A stretch of 64,000 nucleotides of DNA from Kiritimatiellia bacterium (GTDB lineage: Bacteria > Verrucomicrobiota > Kiritimatiellia > CAIQIC01 > Lenti-01). Position 1 is the first letter of the stretch, and each line of letters starts with the position of its first letter. The notes beneath the pieces are model-generated. The model made no database searches, was not told where the DNA came from, and saw nothing but the letters and a program-made list of their open reading frames with translations. Location: contig JAQUJC010000004.1 of NCBI GenBank assembly GCA_028681135.1, positions 8,107 through 72,106 of the forward strand, given 5' to 3'. Shown piece by piece: positions 17,201 to 28,900 of this stretch. A program made the translations under genes and the position numbers.

Positions 17201-20200
17201 GTCCGATCAGGGTGCCATCGGATTGCATGCCGAGATAATAGTTAAAATCCTCGCCGCCGAGATCGGTACCGGTATTCCAGCGGGCGATAATCGTTCCAGG
17301 CGACTGGCTCGTTGTTTTCACCCAGGCTTCCAGCGTCCAAGTGTCCAGGGAATCGATTGTAATGCCGGTAACGGGGTCCGCCGTCAAGCAGTTCTGCCGC
17401 AAATGATCATTGCCGCCGGTGGTGCGCAGGACGGCTGGATCCAAGGCGCCGTAGCCCAGGAACAGGTTGCGGCCCTTGAAGGCGGCAATTTCGGCATCCG
17501 AGCGGGAAATGGCCCAAACGCGGATTTCCTTGAGGTCGCCTACATATCCATTACCACCGAACACGAGGTCGCCAGGGCCTTGGGCCGGGACCAGTGTGGC
17601 GGGGCCATAGTTATTCCGCTTGCCATCCACAAACAGCGACAACACGCCCGTCGCCAAATCAAAACGAGCCGCCACATGGGTCCATTCGGAGAGCGCCAGG
17701 GGCGTCAACCCAACGATTTCCTTGATGACTCCGCCCGCGCCGCTTTGGAAGCGCACATAGGGCATGGCGTTGGTAGTCAATCCCAGTTCATAGTTGATCC
17801 GGCCTGTGGCTTGAACCTGGCGCGAGACCAAAGAAACGCGAGTGGCCGGATAGGCGGCCGGGCGAACCAGCGCTTCGATCGTCCAGTTGGTCAAGCTGTG
17901 GCGTTCGGTCTCTTCCAAGCCGATCTTGTCGCTAACCACCACCTGCCCGACACCCCCGCCATCGCCAAATCGCAGCGCCCGGAAAATCATCGGGCTGTAG
18001 GAACGCCTTGGATCACTTTCCCGATTATCTACCCCACGGACTTCGTCCCCATCGTTAATTTCATCGTCATCGGTATCCATTCTGGTGGGATCCGTGAAAT
18101 AGATATTCAACTCGTCATAGTTGGACAGGTCATCGCCATCGGAATCCCAATCGGCGTCGGAGATAATGCCGGCGGGATCGAGTGAGAACTCGTTGAACGG
18201 ATCGACCCCCAGTCTGTAGGACCAATAGTTGTTGATGCCGTTCCCGTTGGGATCCAGGTTGGCAATGGAGTCACCCAACGGATCGTACCCGTATTGCTGG
18301 TACCACCAATCGGGAATGCCATCGCCATTGGAGTCATAGACTGTGTTGGTTCCCGGTCCGGCCCCATCCCACAATTCAACAACGGAGTCGATGCGCGCAA
18401 AACGCAACGGCAGCAAGTCATTGAACAATGGCGACTGGGTGGCGGGGTCGAATGCCCGAGCGACCGGATACACATCGGGGTGGCGCTCCATCCGGTAAAA
18501 ATTGGCATGATAGTAGCCAAGGTTGTAAGGGTTAGCGGTATTCGGGAAGGAGCGGGTCAGGGTGTTGTCTGCCAGCGAATAGGTGGAGGTATGGTAGGGA
18601 GAATCGGCGGGAGGATCGAGCGGCAGCCGGGCGACAAGGTTAACGATCCAAGGAACATACAGGTAGTTGTTGTACACCAGTGACCGATCGGCGGCCGTAC
18701 CCCACCACGGAACATGGGGATAGGAACCATCGTTCGGGCGTCCATTTAGAAGATCAAATCCAACCGGAAGAATGCCCTCGCTTGAGGGGTCCAGCAGGTT
18801 GTCGAAGTTATAGAGATACTTGAGTTCGGGCGTGGCATTGGTGGACAGCAGCGGACGTTGGTACGTCTTGACATCGGCCATGCGCAACTTGCGAGACATG
18901 TCGCGTTGCACTTCTGTCATGGTTTTTGCGCCATTCCAAATTCGAACTTCATCCACCCACCCTACAAGGAAGCTGTGCAGATCCGGGGCCGTGAAGGTGG
19001 TTCCCGCCTGAGATCCGACCCAGACCGGCTGGCCATTGACCCGGCCGACGGGATTGCGGTCGGCAGCGCCGACCACGAGCGGGGCATCAAACGTGAAGCC
19101 AGGATTGACATCCAGATAAATCGGATCCGGCGTGGACCAGCCATTGGCAGGACGCTCGGCGGAAGCAATACTCGCACGCATTTCGCCGTTCACATAGAGG
19201 AACAATTTCTTTTGGGCACCATCGTAGACCCCGGAGAGGTGCTGCCACCGGTCGGCTTCCAGCGGGTGGATGCTTTTGGCGATGACATCCTGATACTCGA
19301 GTCCGTCAAAGCCCGCACCTGTATAGGAAACCAAAGGTCGTCCATCGGCATCGATCGCCAGCCGGAAGTTGCGGCGAATGCCTTCCGGAAAACTCATGAC
19401 GTTTCCATCGGGAATCCAGACTGGGCGTTCAACCACGACTTGGAGCGCGCCGGAGGCGGGCTCCACAGGCTTGACCCACGCCTCGACCGTGAATTCGGTC
19501 AGATCGTTCAAGCCATGCAGGAAACTGCCCCGGGTACGAGCGGCGGCATCGCCGTTGAGGTACAAAGCACGGCGGCGCGGTGGTGCCTCCGAACTCAACG
19601 GATCAGTGCTGCCCGGACTTGCTTGCGAATCCACGAGTTCGGCCCGGTCGCCCAGCATGTCGGCATCAGTGTCGAAACCTTCGGAATTTTCGAACGAGAA
19701 CAGATAACTGGGCGGTGTCCAGCCCGAAGGGCCGTAGTACCATCCGGGTGCCAACAAGGCTAGAGAACCCAGGTCGTAGTACAGGTTTACAAAGCTACTC
19801 TGATAGCTGGGGTCGGTGATCCAGGAAGGGGATGGGTCCGTATGATAATACTTGGGCGGGGGCGCATTGGGTTGAAGCGATTCCTCCCAGTTGGGCAATC
19901 CGTCCTGGTCAGGATCGGCAAAGGGCGACCCCGCAACATAGGGGGCCACACGGATGTCAAAGGTGGGGGGCATCCCCGCCAAGACCGTTGCGCCCAAAAC
20001 CATGGAGTTGTGCACATCCAGTACGCCAAACATAGGATTGAGACCGTGGTAGATCTCCCAATAGTCATCCATGCCGTCGAGATCGGTGTCGAGAAGCCGA
20101 GGATTCGTCGAGGTGTAGCGGCTGTTAACGGGTGGGATGAAGAAGAACGGCACCGTATTGACATTGAGGTGCCAATCCCAGGCGAAAGGAGTCCCGGTGA

Positions 20201-22268
20201 AAAAGGCGAATGGATCGTAACCGCCGAGGGGCTGGCCAGGGACCCATTCGGTGTAGCGCCAGTGGTGAACGGCTCCAGACAGATACTCCTGATAATTGAC
20301 CAATCCGTCTTCATCATAGTCGCGGGCGGCATCCTTGACCGTACCATCCATGCCATTGCGCAGATTCTGGTCCGCCAGATCATAGATACGCGAACGGTGC
20401 GCTGTAATCGCTTCCCAGTGGTCGGGAATGGCATCGCCGTCGGTATCGACGGAAGTGGGATTCAATCCGCCGCCGACATAGCAGCTTCCGTTCCATTCCA
20501 CGGTTCCTCCGGCATACTTCAAGACCGCCAAACCGCCGGACACATCTTCGCCCTCCACGACGTCCAAATCCTTGTATCCGCCTTCGGCGCCGTCCACCAC
20601 GCTATCGCCGTCGGTGTCGTCCACGTTGGGATCGGTGGGCCACACCTTGTTGAGCCAAGCGGGATCGAAATGGGTGCGGCCGTTCGGCCACGACGCACCC
20701 CGAATCAGATTGATGTCGTACGCACTGAATTCCATGAAATTGTTCAAGCCATCGTTATCCCCATCCTCCTGGGCGTCGTCCTTGTTCAGGGGATCCAGAC
20801 CCACATAGAGTTCCCACCCGTCGAAAATTCCGTCGCCATCCGAGTCGATAATCATGGGATCCAAGGCATAGCTGTTGAAATTATCGCAGTCCAGCACGCC
20901 CTTAATGAACCCAAGGTACAGCGACGCCAAGAACTTTTCACGACTGGTGAAGGGAATGGTGTTCTCCTGCCCCTTGAGTTCCCGGGTGCTTCCTTTCCCT
21001 AGATAGTTTTCGCCCCACGCGGTGCGCGGATCATACCCCAGGTCGGCATAGACTTGGCCGTGGCGACGTTCTGCCCCGGCACCATCGTCGGTATAGGCCA
21101 TGTAATCATCGGACGGACTACCACCCGCATCCTCCGGGTCAATGGGGTTGAGTCCCTTCCGGATTTCATAGCCATCGGACATTTCATCTGCGTCGGTGTC
21201 CCAATGGAAGGGATCGGTGCCTGCGATGAATTCATCCAAGAAGAAAGCACAATCGGCGTCGAGGTCACCGCTGGCATCGACAGTCAGTTCCGCGCCAAAA
21301 ATCGCCAGCATGTCATTCGCGGGAATGGGCAACACCGGAATATCCCAGTTCACCGTGGGATCAAACGAGGCCAAGTCCAAGGCGACGCCCTCAAAGGGGG
21401 GCGTGGGCACATTCACCAGCGTGCCATAGAAATAGTATTTCCAGCCATCGGATATTCCATCGCCCGCAGTGCTGATCAGAGTGGGATCGGTACCCGGATC
21501 GTCATTGATCCCGGTCAGCGAATTCAGCCCATACCAGCCATCGAACCCGCGCGCCTGGAACCAGTTATTAAACGGGATCACGCCGATATAATACTGGGGC
21601 GGACGCACGCCCGTGGTTGGGAAACGATAGGGCCAATCGGTGTTCAGACCCGCCAGTGCGGCAGGATAATTTCCCGACGAGAATACATTCATCGCACCGG
21701 GTTCCCACCCGCCTGGCATTTTGTCATCCGTCGGATTGCCAGTTGCGCCATTGTCACCCGTCGGATCTTCCGGGTCCAATCCATACGTGACTTCCCATAC
21801 ATCGGGCAGACCGTCCAGGTCCAGGTCTCCCACCCCCTCACCGGCTTGATACTCATGGCTTAAGAGCAGCTCGATTTCCTTGTCTTCCCCACCTACACTT
21901 AGCGTGATTGATACGGGATGGGGTGGTTTTCTATCTACGTATGATTCGGGGACATCACCTAGCCATTTGTATACAAAGCTATCCCGCCCACCCACCGGCA
22001 CAGGGTTCGCAGTGATTTTCAACACGGCATTGCTGGGCACCGACATAAATGCAGGATTTCCCGTCATCGTAGGGCCAGCCGGGAGTAGCTGCTCAATGGT
22101 AATCGTCCCCCCACCTAGTCCCGTCAACCCTTCATAATAATCCAGGGCGCTGACAACAATCACATTGTCTTGGGCAACGGCCACAGAGCCCACCAGAAGC
22201 GTGCCCGCTAAAACACCCAACAAACAAAAATGGAATGACTTCTTCATTTTATTCTCCTGCTTCGCCAA
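14223..22268 (-). CDS. Giant secreted protein (2681 aa). It contains multiple LamG/concanavalin-A-like domains, many thrombospondin-type-3-like Ca-binding Asp-rich repeats, and a C-terminal ~60-aa module shared with the downstream giant paralog.
   Basis: There is an N-terminal signal peptide (MKKSFHFCLLGVLAGTLLVGSVAVAQ). Repeated DxDxDGxxDxxE motifs occur (DSDGDGIFDGWE, DTDGDAIPDHWE, DGDNDGLNNFMEF). LamG-type signatures are present (FTVEAWVKP, WTIEALVRPAA, WTLEAWVKTTS). The C-terminus reads ...YEVLGLMPKVVVVQSATNLAPGGWKEE...GVYTNTVSPAPGRGTKFFRIRYVE. Confidence 0.8.
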   Translation of the reverse strand: MAKQENKMKKSFHFCLLGVLAGTLLVGSVAVAQDNVIVVSALDYYEGLTGLGGGTITIEQLLPAGPTMTGNPAFMSVPSNAVLKITANPVPVGGRDSFVYKWLGDVPESYVDRKPPHPVSITLSVGGEDKEIELLLSHEYQAGEGVGDLDLDGLPDVWEVTYGLDPEDPTGDNGATGNPTDDKMPGGWEPGAMNVFSSGNYPAALAGLNTDWPYRFPTTGVRPPQYYIGVIPFNNWFQARGFDGWYGLNSLTGINDDPGTDPTLISTAGDGISDGWKYYFYGTLVNVPTPPFEGVALDLASFDPTVNWDIPVLPIPANDMLAIFGAELTVDASGDLDADCAFFLDEFIAGTDPFHWDTDADEMSDGYEIRKGLNPIDPEDAGGSPSDDYMAYTDDGAGAERRHGQVYADLGYDPRTAWGENYLGKGSTRELKGQENTIPFTSREKFLASLYLGFIKGVLDCDNFNSYALDPMIIDSDGDGIFDGWELYVGLDPLNKDDAQEDGDNDGLNNFMEFSAYDINLIRGASWPNGRTHFDPAWLNKVWPTDPNVDDTDGDSVVDGAEGGYKDLDVVEGEDVSGGLAVLKYAGGTVEWNGSCYVGGGLNPTSVDTDGDAIPDHWEAITAHRSRIYDLADQNLRNGMDGTVKDAARDYDEDGLVNYQEYLSGAVHHWRYTEWVPGQPLGGYDPFAFFTGTPFAWDWHLNVNTVPFFFIPPVNSRYTSTNPRLLDTDLDGMDDYWEIYHGLNPMFGVLDVHNSMVLGATVLAGMPPTFDIRVAPYVAGSPFADPDQDGLPNWEESLQPNAPPPKYYHTDPSPSWITDPSYQSSFVNLYYDLGSLALLAPGWYYGPSGWTPPSYLFSFENSEGFDTDADMLGDRAELVDSQASPGSTDPLSSEAPPRRRALYLNGDAAARTRGSFLHGLNDLTEFTVEAWVKPVEPASGALQVVVERPVWIPDGNVMSFPEGIRRNFRLAIDADGRPLVSYTGAGFDGLEYQDVIAKSIHPLEADRWQHLSGVYDGAQKKLFLYVNGEMRASIASAERPANGWSTPDPIYLDVNPGFTFDAPLVVGAADRNPVGRVNGQPVWVGSQAGTTFTAPDLHSFLVGWVDEVRIWNGAKTMTEVQRDMSRKLRMADVKTYQRPLLSTNATPELKYLYNFDNLLDPSSEGILPVGFDLLNGRPNDGSYPHVPWWGTAADRSLVYNNYLYVPWIVNLVARLPLDPPADSPYHTSTYSLADNTLTRSFPNTANPYNLGYYHANFYRMERHPDVYPVARAFDPATQSPLFNDLLPLRFARIDSVVELWDGAGPGTNTVYDSNGDGIPDWWYQQYGYDPLGDSIANLDPNGNGINNYWSYRLGVDPFNEFSLDPAGIISDADWDSDGDDLSNYDELNIYFTDPTRMDTDDDEINDGDEVRGVDNRESDPRRSYSPMIFRALRFGDGGGVGQVVVSDKIGLEETERHSLTNWTIEALVRPAAYPATRVSLVSRQVQATGRINYELGLTTNAMPYVRFQSGAGGVIKEIVGLTPLALSEWTHVAARFDLATGVLSLFVDGKRNNYGPATLVPAQGPGDLVFGGNGYVGDLKEIRVWAISRSDAEIAAFKGRNLFLGYGALDPAVLRTTGGNDHLRQNCLTADPVTGITIDSLDTWTLEAWVKTTSQSPGTIIARWNTGTDLGGEDFNYYLGMQSDGTLIGRWVLAYTKEEEGEEGVIDESEVILNPTVNNIVGAMPINDGEWHHVAYVRDANKAALYVDGIIDAVQDPTLVPLGEKIVNWGVRSLAGPLSIGHQLAADADEVRVWNRGLSRGELNLYNKQSLYGNEPGLITYFNFDFQRSELAEDRAIVKDNAEEPGVYIFPAMRMETGDYPSILTDPIQIYRLALAGYYPADDGGFTLEDYQNPLDWDYAGQMISDVQFVELDPAEYPFQEDNNYDGIPNWWDILNGMDPDGNSSPGDEVGYVYDPADFTFGAWGDPDHDGLNNWAELQAGTDPNRFDSDGDGRGDYDSPTTGATYGTLHTDTDKMPDAWESIFPLACSPRRYDPNLDPDNDGWDNLSEYLGTGVDYSYQAVSNWIASNQTWDVQWEIVDRTIVSPTRPDDGKSFPLPQFKFNFYGQALEYVVATEFEISDDGYLEPDAVALIVWAFSDLEMQAPDAQVLIPVQSVFESGTMATVTEWSIGHVHKGPNIFMAFIDMNADGKWNAGEWLGFSESGIEDIQLGAVNIKIPLTDKPAGYIRFSWEQQMGAIQEAIAHVAGTTYRVAIKALSEAGKPIIYSTTRNLESLGRPNIMEMDLKLGGIEPMYGSYEWTVGTVDGVVFASGTNAIAYPSSLAKPVVEYPTGNLIFAREKLRMKLDPNTTRIQIQIQNAATGQTVLNTTQYRPYVNLDGNAEIDLPLLAGFGALTNGQYRIQVRAYNPRASVTSDWVNFAVSFKPPAKGGAAMIKGRIYYYGWESNAQIVAEAYSGNGVLIKALAIPRSGYWEYSLMGVEIGDFHVRAFYDRNNNGVLDEGENWGLVKGSRDDRTVDTPTIYSVDYAEKRIKIRNLAEYSGNDLVIYDADTDNDGIVDSYEYRYAGNLTTMNGQSNLSGDGWKDIDNFAQGRDPTQTYPAPLAIPKLTVGPLVKSGEQLLLTYEVLGLMPKVVVVQSATNLAPGGWKEEFRAAVTQPGVYTNTVSPAPGRGTKFFRIRYVE

Positions 22269-22327
22269 CGATCCTGATGGTGCCGATCCCGTTACGATCC
22301 TTGTCGTTCAAAATCTGCTTTCCGGCG

Positions 22328-22888
22328 CTACTCGCGCCCCATTTCTTGACTGCTGCTCCCGGACCCAGAGGCCCCTTCACTCAATAAAGCCCTGATTTGC
22401 TCCATCAAATCGGCACGCCGGCTGCCAAGGGCTCGATATTCTTCTGACTCATTCAGCAGCGTGAGGCGGGCGACCACCTTCATTTTTCGCTGCTCGCGCA
22501 ATTCCGATATCTGAGCGTTCCATTCATCGGACTTTGCAGGCGTTTGCTCCAATTGCTCAATCAAATCTCCAATCTGCCGACTGATTTGCTTGATTTCAGC
22601 CGTCAGCTCCTTAAGCGGTCCCGCTTGCGCCGCTTGGGTCTCAAACTGATGCATTTCTCGTTTGTTTTGCATGAATTCTGTACGTAATTCCGCCATACCG
22701 GATTGCGCGACTTGCTCCGTTATCACGACCACCGCCTCAGCAGCGGCAGGTTCCGTCGCCGAAATGTCGCCAAAAGCCCCCCGGGGAAATACAGCCAACA
22801 CCACCGTCAGTGCCATCCCCATGGCACTCAGCAAGACACGCCAGGGGGCTACGCCCAACTGCGTGGTGTAAGTAATTGCCTCAATCAT
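22328..22888 (-). CDS. Small signal-anchored coiled-coil protein (186 aa), encoded immediately upstream of giant protein 1.
   Basis: An N-terminal hydrophobic segment (VLLSAMGMALTVVLAVFP) is followed by ~130 aa of heptad-like Glu/Gln/Arg/Leu-rich sequence. It has the same architecture as the ORF 31911..32489. Confidence 0.65.
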   Translation of the reverse strand: MIEAITYTTQLGVAPWRVLLSAMGMALTVVLAVFPRGAFGDISATEPAAAEAVVVITEQVAQSGMAELRTEFMQNKREMHQFETQAAQAGPLKELTAEIKQISRQIGDLIEQLEQTPAKSDEWNAQISELREQRKMKVVARLTLLNESEEYRALGSRRADLMEQIRALLSEGASGSGSSSQEMGRE

Positions 22889-22983
22889 TCGATGTAACCT
22901 ATTGTATTACCATTCTTCTTGTCAATGCTATCCACCCTCTCGCCTTTAGCCTTGTAGGTCGATCCACTCATGGTCCGCCCTGC

Positions 22984-25900
22984 TCATGGAATCCTGACCG
23001 GACGGAAGAACTGGAGAGGCTCGTCCATGGTGTTGGTATAGCCCATCACCCCGTCCACCGTCGCTGTGAAGACCGCTCCCGGCACAGCACCCCACTCCCC
23101 GGAAGGTAAATTTGAGGAAGACTGCACGGTATAGATTGCGCCAGCCCTTCCCAGCCATCTGACCGAGAAGGGAGTGCTGGACGACACATTTGCCACGAAC
23201 GGACCGACGGCCGGATCCGTGGGATCACCGCTGTGCGCCACTTCCTGGCCGTCATCCCAGCCATCGCCGTCCGTATCCGGATTCTGCGGATCGGTCTGGA
23301 GGCGGAATTCGCCAATATTCAAGAGCCCATCGCCATCGTCATCCAGCAGGGCATCGAGCGGGTTGGTAGGATCCAATCCATTGAGCACTTCCCACGCATC
23401 GTCCATGCCATCACCATCGCCGTCCACGGTCGCCTCCAATTTCTGCAAGCGATTATTCCACGTGTCCGCCACAATGATCGAGGACGACATCAAGGACGGT
23501 GCCGCATCATGGGGAAAGCTGACCTGTCCATCGCCGCCCCCTTGCTGTCCCAAACTTCCCACATGGGCTCTGGACGAGTCCAGCACCTGAATCCGGTGGT
23601 TGGAAGTGTCCGCCACAAAGAGACGATTACCCAAGCCGATCTGAATGCTCATGGGTTTGTTGAACTGCCCCGCACCGGTACCAAACGAGCCGGTCTTCCA
23701 TAGGAATGTGCCGCCGCTCGTAAAGCCTTGTAAGCGGTTGTTTTCGGTGTCCGCCACATAGACAATTCCGTGCTCGTCCACCGTGATCCCCTGGGGAGAG
23801 TTCATCTGACCATTGGCGGTTCCAAAGACACCGAAGGAGAACAACTGGACGCCATTCGGGTCGAAGACCTGAACGCGGTGGTTGTCCTTGTCCGCGACGT
23901 AGAACCGCCCCAACGGCCCAATGGCCACATCACGCGGATTATTGAACTGGCCCACCGCGGACCCGTACGACCCGAATTGGCGTTCAAAGACCACCGCCCC
24001 GGTCGTCGGATTGAAGGTGAACACCTGAATGCGGTGATTGGCCGAATCAGCCACGGCGAAACGGTCGGCATTCGGCGCCTTGCCCAAGCCGTAGGGCGTG
24101 GCGAACTGGCCCGCGTTCGTGCCATCCGAGCCGTAGGTTAGCACATGGGTGAGCGTCGTGCGGTCCCAAACCGAAACCCGGTTGTTCTGGCGGTCCAGCA
24201 CAAATACAAATTGATTGGTCAGGAACAAGCGCGTCGGAAAATGGAATTGGTTGGTCTCGCTGCCAATTGTTCCTGCCACCTGCTCTAGGGTCCACTCCGC
24301 TTCCAAGGGGACAATCGGCGCGCGTGGATCCATCCCGTTCAGAATGCAGTAGCCGTCGGGAATGGAATCGCCATTACTATCCCGCACCGTGGCAAGGGAA
24401 CCGGGGTATCCCAATACTTGGTCGACCACCCACGTTCCAAAATCGTGGGTCTCGTTCGCGGATAGATCCAGCGCATATACCCCCGAGTCGCCATACGCCA
24501 CGGAACCCTCGAATGTCGCCGCATCCCAGGCGCGGACATAGACGTTGCGGACCGGGGTGGTTTCCATAAAGTCGTGATGGAAAATTTCATCAAATCGACC
24601 CAGTTCGGGCAACCATTCATAACCCACGCCGATCCGTCCATGATTCTTATTGAAGGGGAAGGTGAACAGCACGGTGTCATCGCCCGTGGTGCTGCCATCC
24701 GAAGCGGGCAGATTGACAACTCCATCGGGACCGGCGTACACGAGCTGGAATAGGCTGGCTTCGGCCCCACCCGTTCCCGACAGGAACTGGTTCATCCAGT
24801 TCTTCACGCCTGTGCTGGATTGTACACGCAGGGTGGGTTGAACCACATTGAAGGTAACCGGAATCGCTTGAACAACCGCCCCGGGATAATTGCCGCGAAT
24901 GATGAGCACCGCCTCGTGGAGGCCAATCGTCAGGCCCGCCGATTCAGCCTTGAGTGTGACCGGCAGCTCGCTGTTGTCCACACTGGCGCTGACGGGCGAG
25001 GCATTCAACCACGGGACCGCCTCCAGCAACTCGTTTTCGACCAGCCCCCGCAAGACATCCTGCCAGGCACCCCTGGTTTGCCATTCGGCGGCATCCTGGT
25101 TTCCGTTCCAAAGAATCACCACGCCGCCGGTGCCGGTTTCGCGGCGCATCAGCTTGCTGGCCCCTTCCACCCCGAAGTACACCGCCGGAGCTTCATTGGT
25201 ATCGACCGTGGCTTCATCATAGGCCATGGAGGTGACCGCCACATGATCACCGGGCTGAATGTCGACCCAGAACGGGTCGATCGGCAGCGCCTGGACCAGT
25301 TCCGCCATGTCTTCCGCCTCCGGCGCGCGGTCCAGCGAGTCGGACCCGACCAGATCGCGCAGACGCCGATCATCCGGACGGGACAATACATGGGCACCGA
25401 CCACGATGAGCTTGCCGCCCTGATTCAGATAGGTCTGGAGCAGCGATTCTTCGGCCACCGACAGCAAGCGGCCCGTGCCAGCGGTTCCGCCCAGATCCAG
25501 AATCACGAGATCCTGCGGCAAAATAGCCTCCGGATCAGTGCTATGCCTTCCTGTCAGCACGCCCTCCACTGTGACCAGATTGTTGGACCACATCGATACG
25601 GTCCAGCCCGCTTGCTCCAGCACCGGCTGGACGAGTGCCAAGGCATTCCGGTCGGAAATCAAGGCAATCTTGCGCGGTTGGGCGGTGAGGATATCGAACT
25701 CAAATTCATCAACAGACAGATTGGAAAACAGCAGTGTTTGTTCCTGATCCTGTCCGGCCTGGGCCGCAAATACCATCTGCGTGGCCCCAAAGGCGATTTC
25801 GGGACGGCGCAAAGAGAAGTCTGCGATTTGGTTGCCGCCGACAAGGGTCCGAATGGTCGCCGGCGGGGTTTCGTGACTTTCGCCCAGTACGCGGAACCGA

Positions 25901-28900
25901 TAAGTACCGTCTTCCAATCCGTCGATGCGATAGGATCCATTGCTTTCCGTCAGGACTCGGCCACTGGATGCCCCCCAGTATTCAACCGTCAAGCCGGCCA
26001 GGCCGGCCGCTGTCAGCGCATCGCGCACCGTTCCGGAAATGGTCTGTCGCGGGGCCACCGGAAGGGTGAACGGCAAGACTCCATTCGCCAGAGTCAGGGT
26101 GAAATCCACGTCGCCGGTTGCATTCGGCAGGGTAACGCGGAAGCCCGCGAGGTTGACCTGCTGGTCGCCGCTGGAAATGCCCGGCCAGGTGGCCGTTCCC
26201 TGCACGATGGTCACGCCCGGCGTGGTGCTGGTCAGTGTGCCGGTCGGACTCATATAGAGAGCTGAGCCATCGTTGAGCAGACGAATGAACAGGTCCACGG
26301 TCTCGGCGGGTTCGGCGTGGCGGTCGCCGTCGCCGGTCGCCTGATCATCCACTGCGACGTCCGTAATCACAGGAACTGGGGCCGGGGCCACGTTCACGGT
26401 CACCGGAATCGACAGCTCATTGGCTCCGCCGCGCACGACGATATGGGCGATATAGCTCCCAGCGGGCAGTTGACCGCCCGCGTTGATGGTGACGCCGACC
26501 GAGAGCGTATCCAGCGACACGATGTTGGCTCTGTGGGTATCCACCTGTAGCCAGAATGCCTGGATGTGTTCCAGCGCTGCCGCCGCATCCAAATGGCCCG
26601 CCGAGGACACCACGCCTTCCAGGACGGGGTCGCGGCGTGCGCCCAGCATGATGGCGTCGCGCAGCATGTCATAGGTCGCCCAGGGTGCCACGGATTTCAA
26701 CAGGCCCGCCACGCCGGCGACATGAGGGGCGGCCATCGATGTGCCGCTGAGTCGCTCGTAGGCATCAAGCGTTCCGTACATATAGGTGCTGAGGATATCC
26801 ACGCCCGGCGCGGCAATATCCACGGACTGCGCGCCGTAGTTGGAGAAGTCAGCCAAGGCTCCATCATGGTCCGTGGCTGCCACGGAAATGATGTTGTCGA
26901 GATTGTACGAGGCCGGATACGACCGGTACGGCTGATCGTCGTCGTTGTTCACCGCCTCGTTGCCCGCGGCAGCAACGAACAGATGCTCGTTCGCCATGGC
27001 GTATTCGATCATTTCATATTCCACTCCGCTGAAATAGTAACCCCCGTAACTGTGATTGCTGATTTTCACGCCGTTGTCGACGGCATATTCCAAGGCGGCC
27101 AGAATGGCGTCGGAGGACAGCACGGCCTCTTCGATGCCCAACTCATTCACCCCCACGGTCGCCACCTTCAACGGCATGATTTTGGAATGCCAATTGACGC
27201 CCGCCACCCCGATGCCGTTGCCGCCGGAGGCCCCCACCGTACCCGCCACATGGGTGCCGTGCTCGACGCCAGCCACCGGGTCAGGCGACGGATCGGGGTC
27301 GTCATCGCCGAAATCGTAGCCGGCAACCAGATTGTCTGCCAGATCGACATGGTCGAGTTTCACGCCGGTATCCATCACCGCAATGACCACATTGGTGTTG
27401 CCCACCGTGGTGTCCCAGGCTTCCTGAGCCCGGATATCCTCCGCGAGGGTTCCACCCGTCTGGCGGGTGTTGTCCAGTCCGTACATCTGCGAATAGAGCG
27501 CATCGTTGGGCACGGCGAACACCTCCCGCCGATAGTTAGGCTCCACGTAGCGAATGGCGGCATCCGTCGTGAGCGTGTTCGCCACCCATTCCATGGATAG
27601 ATTGCCAGGAACCCGGACGTGCGCAGCCGACACCCCGTGGTAGCGGCGCAGAACCTGGCCGCCCACCGCGGCCAACGCGCTCGCCTGCGCTTGAATAGCG
27701 GAGCCATCTTCAAACCGAACGAGCAGCTCCTGCTCCACCGCCTCGGAGGGCAGCGCGGTCCAATCGATCTCCGGCAGATCCAAGCTCCCAATTCGGTCAT
27801 GGGGAACACCCTGTACCAATTCCAATCCGATTTCGACAAATCCAGCGTAGGGGCCGTCATTGGTGAGGTCCAACGTCAGATTAGTTTCCACGCCCTCCGG
27901 CAGATTAACAACGATGTTGGTAGGCAGGGCGGAAATGCCCCATGCCGCCACCTCAAAGTCCACATTTTCAGCATTGGCGGAGGCAATCACCACGTTCGAC
28001 GAGGGCGGCGCGCCATAGGGCGCGGGCGGCAGCACATAGACGTCGTAGGTGTTGTTGGTCAGGCCAAACAGGCTGTAGTCGCCCGCGGCATCGGTGAGGG
28101 TCTGCACAGTACCTCGGTCGCTGACGGCCTTGACGACCGCGCCTTCCACAGGATCGGTGGTGTCCAGGTCGGTGACCTGTCCGGAGATGGCGTAGCGTAC
28201 CGTCACCGTCAGATCAAAGGTATGGGTGGTGACCCGGGCATCCGCATCGGTGACCTCTAGTGAAAACGGCAGTACATCGCCCTCCCCGGCCAGCGGATCG
28301 ATCTGGATCTGAGGATATTCCGCCAACGGCGGATCCAGCACTGGGCCTTCCACGCCGCCGGGCAGGACATGGGCCCAGGACGCATTGGGTTGCGTCACCG
28401 TTGTGGCATCAGCCCCCGTATAGCTGAGGACTCCTTCCAGCGACAACGCCAAAAGACTGCCCGAATTACCCAGCATGATATCCATATCTACGGCTTCGCC
28501 CGGTTCTGCAAAGGCGTCGCCATCGCCGCCGGTGACTCGCACGCCATACACGTACAGAGTGGGGCTCGCCATTACGGTCAAACTTGCTGGAATCAAAATA
28601 TCCTCGCCGCCCGCGTCATTGCTCATCAAACGGATAACGGCTTCATAGGGCTGCTCCGAGGCGGCCAGCGCCGAGGCATCGGCGGTCAGGGCAACCGGCG
28701 CACCCGCGCCGACGGGAACCACGCCTGCGGACGGATCCGTCGTCAGCCAGATGGGGACTTCCGTCATGGCCGGATGTGCCGCAACGTCCACCACGATCTC
28801 GTATGACAAAGGCAGGTCCCCCGCCGCATTATCCAGACTCAGAGTGTCCAGCGCGCTTTCGCCTTCGTTCACTTCCCACTCATATATCAACGGAGCCGCA

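Noticed and set aside
17070-26265. Long plus-strand ORFs inside the two giant genes. Examples are 17070..18185, 18858..19763, 19842..21002, 24820..26265 and 26566..27600.
   Set aside because: They are antisense to genes with clear domain content (S8, NHL, LamG). Their composition is low-complexity Gly/Arg/Ile-rich, with no recognisable motifs.
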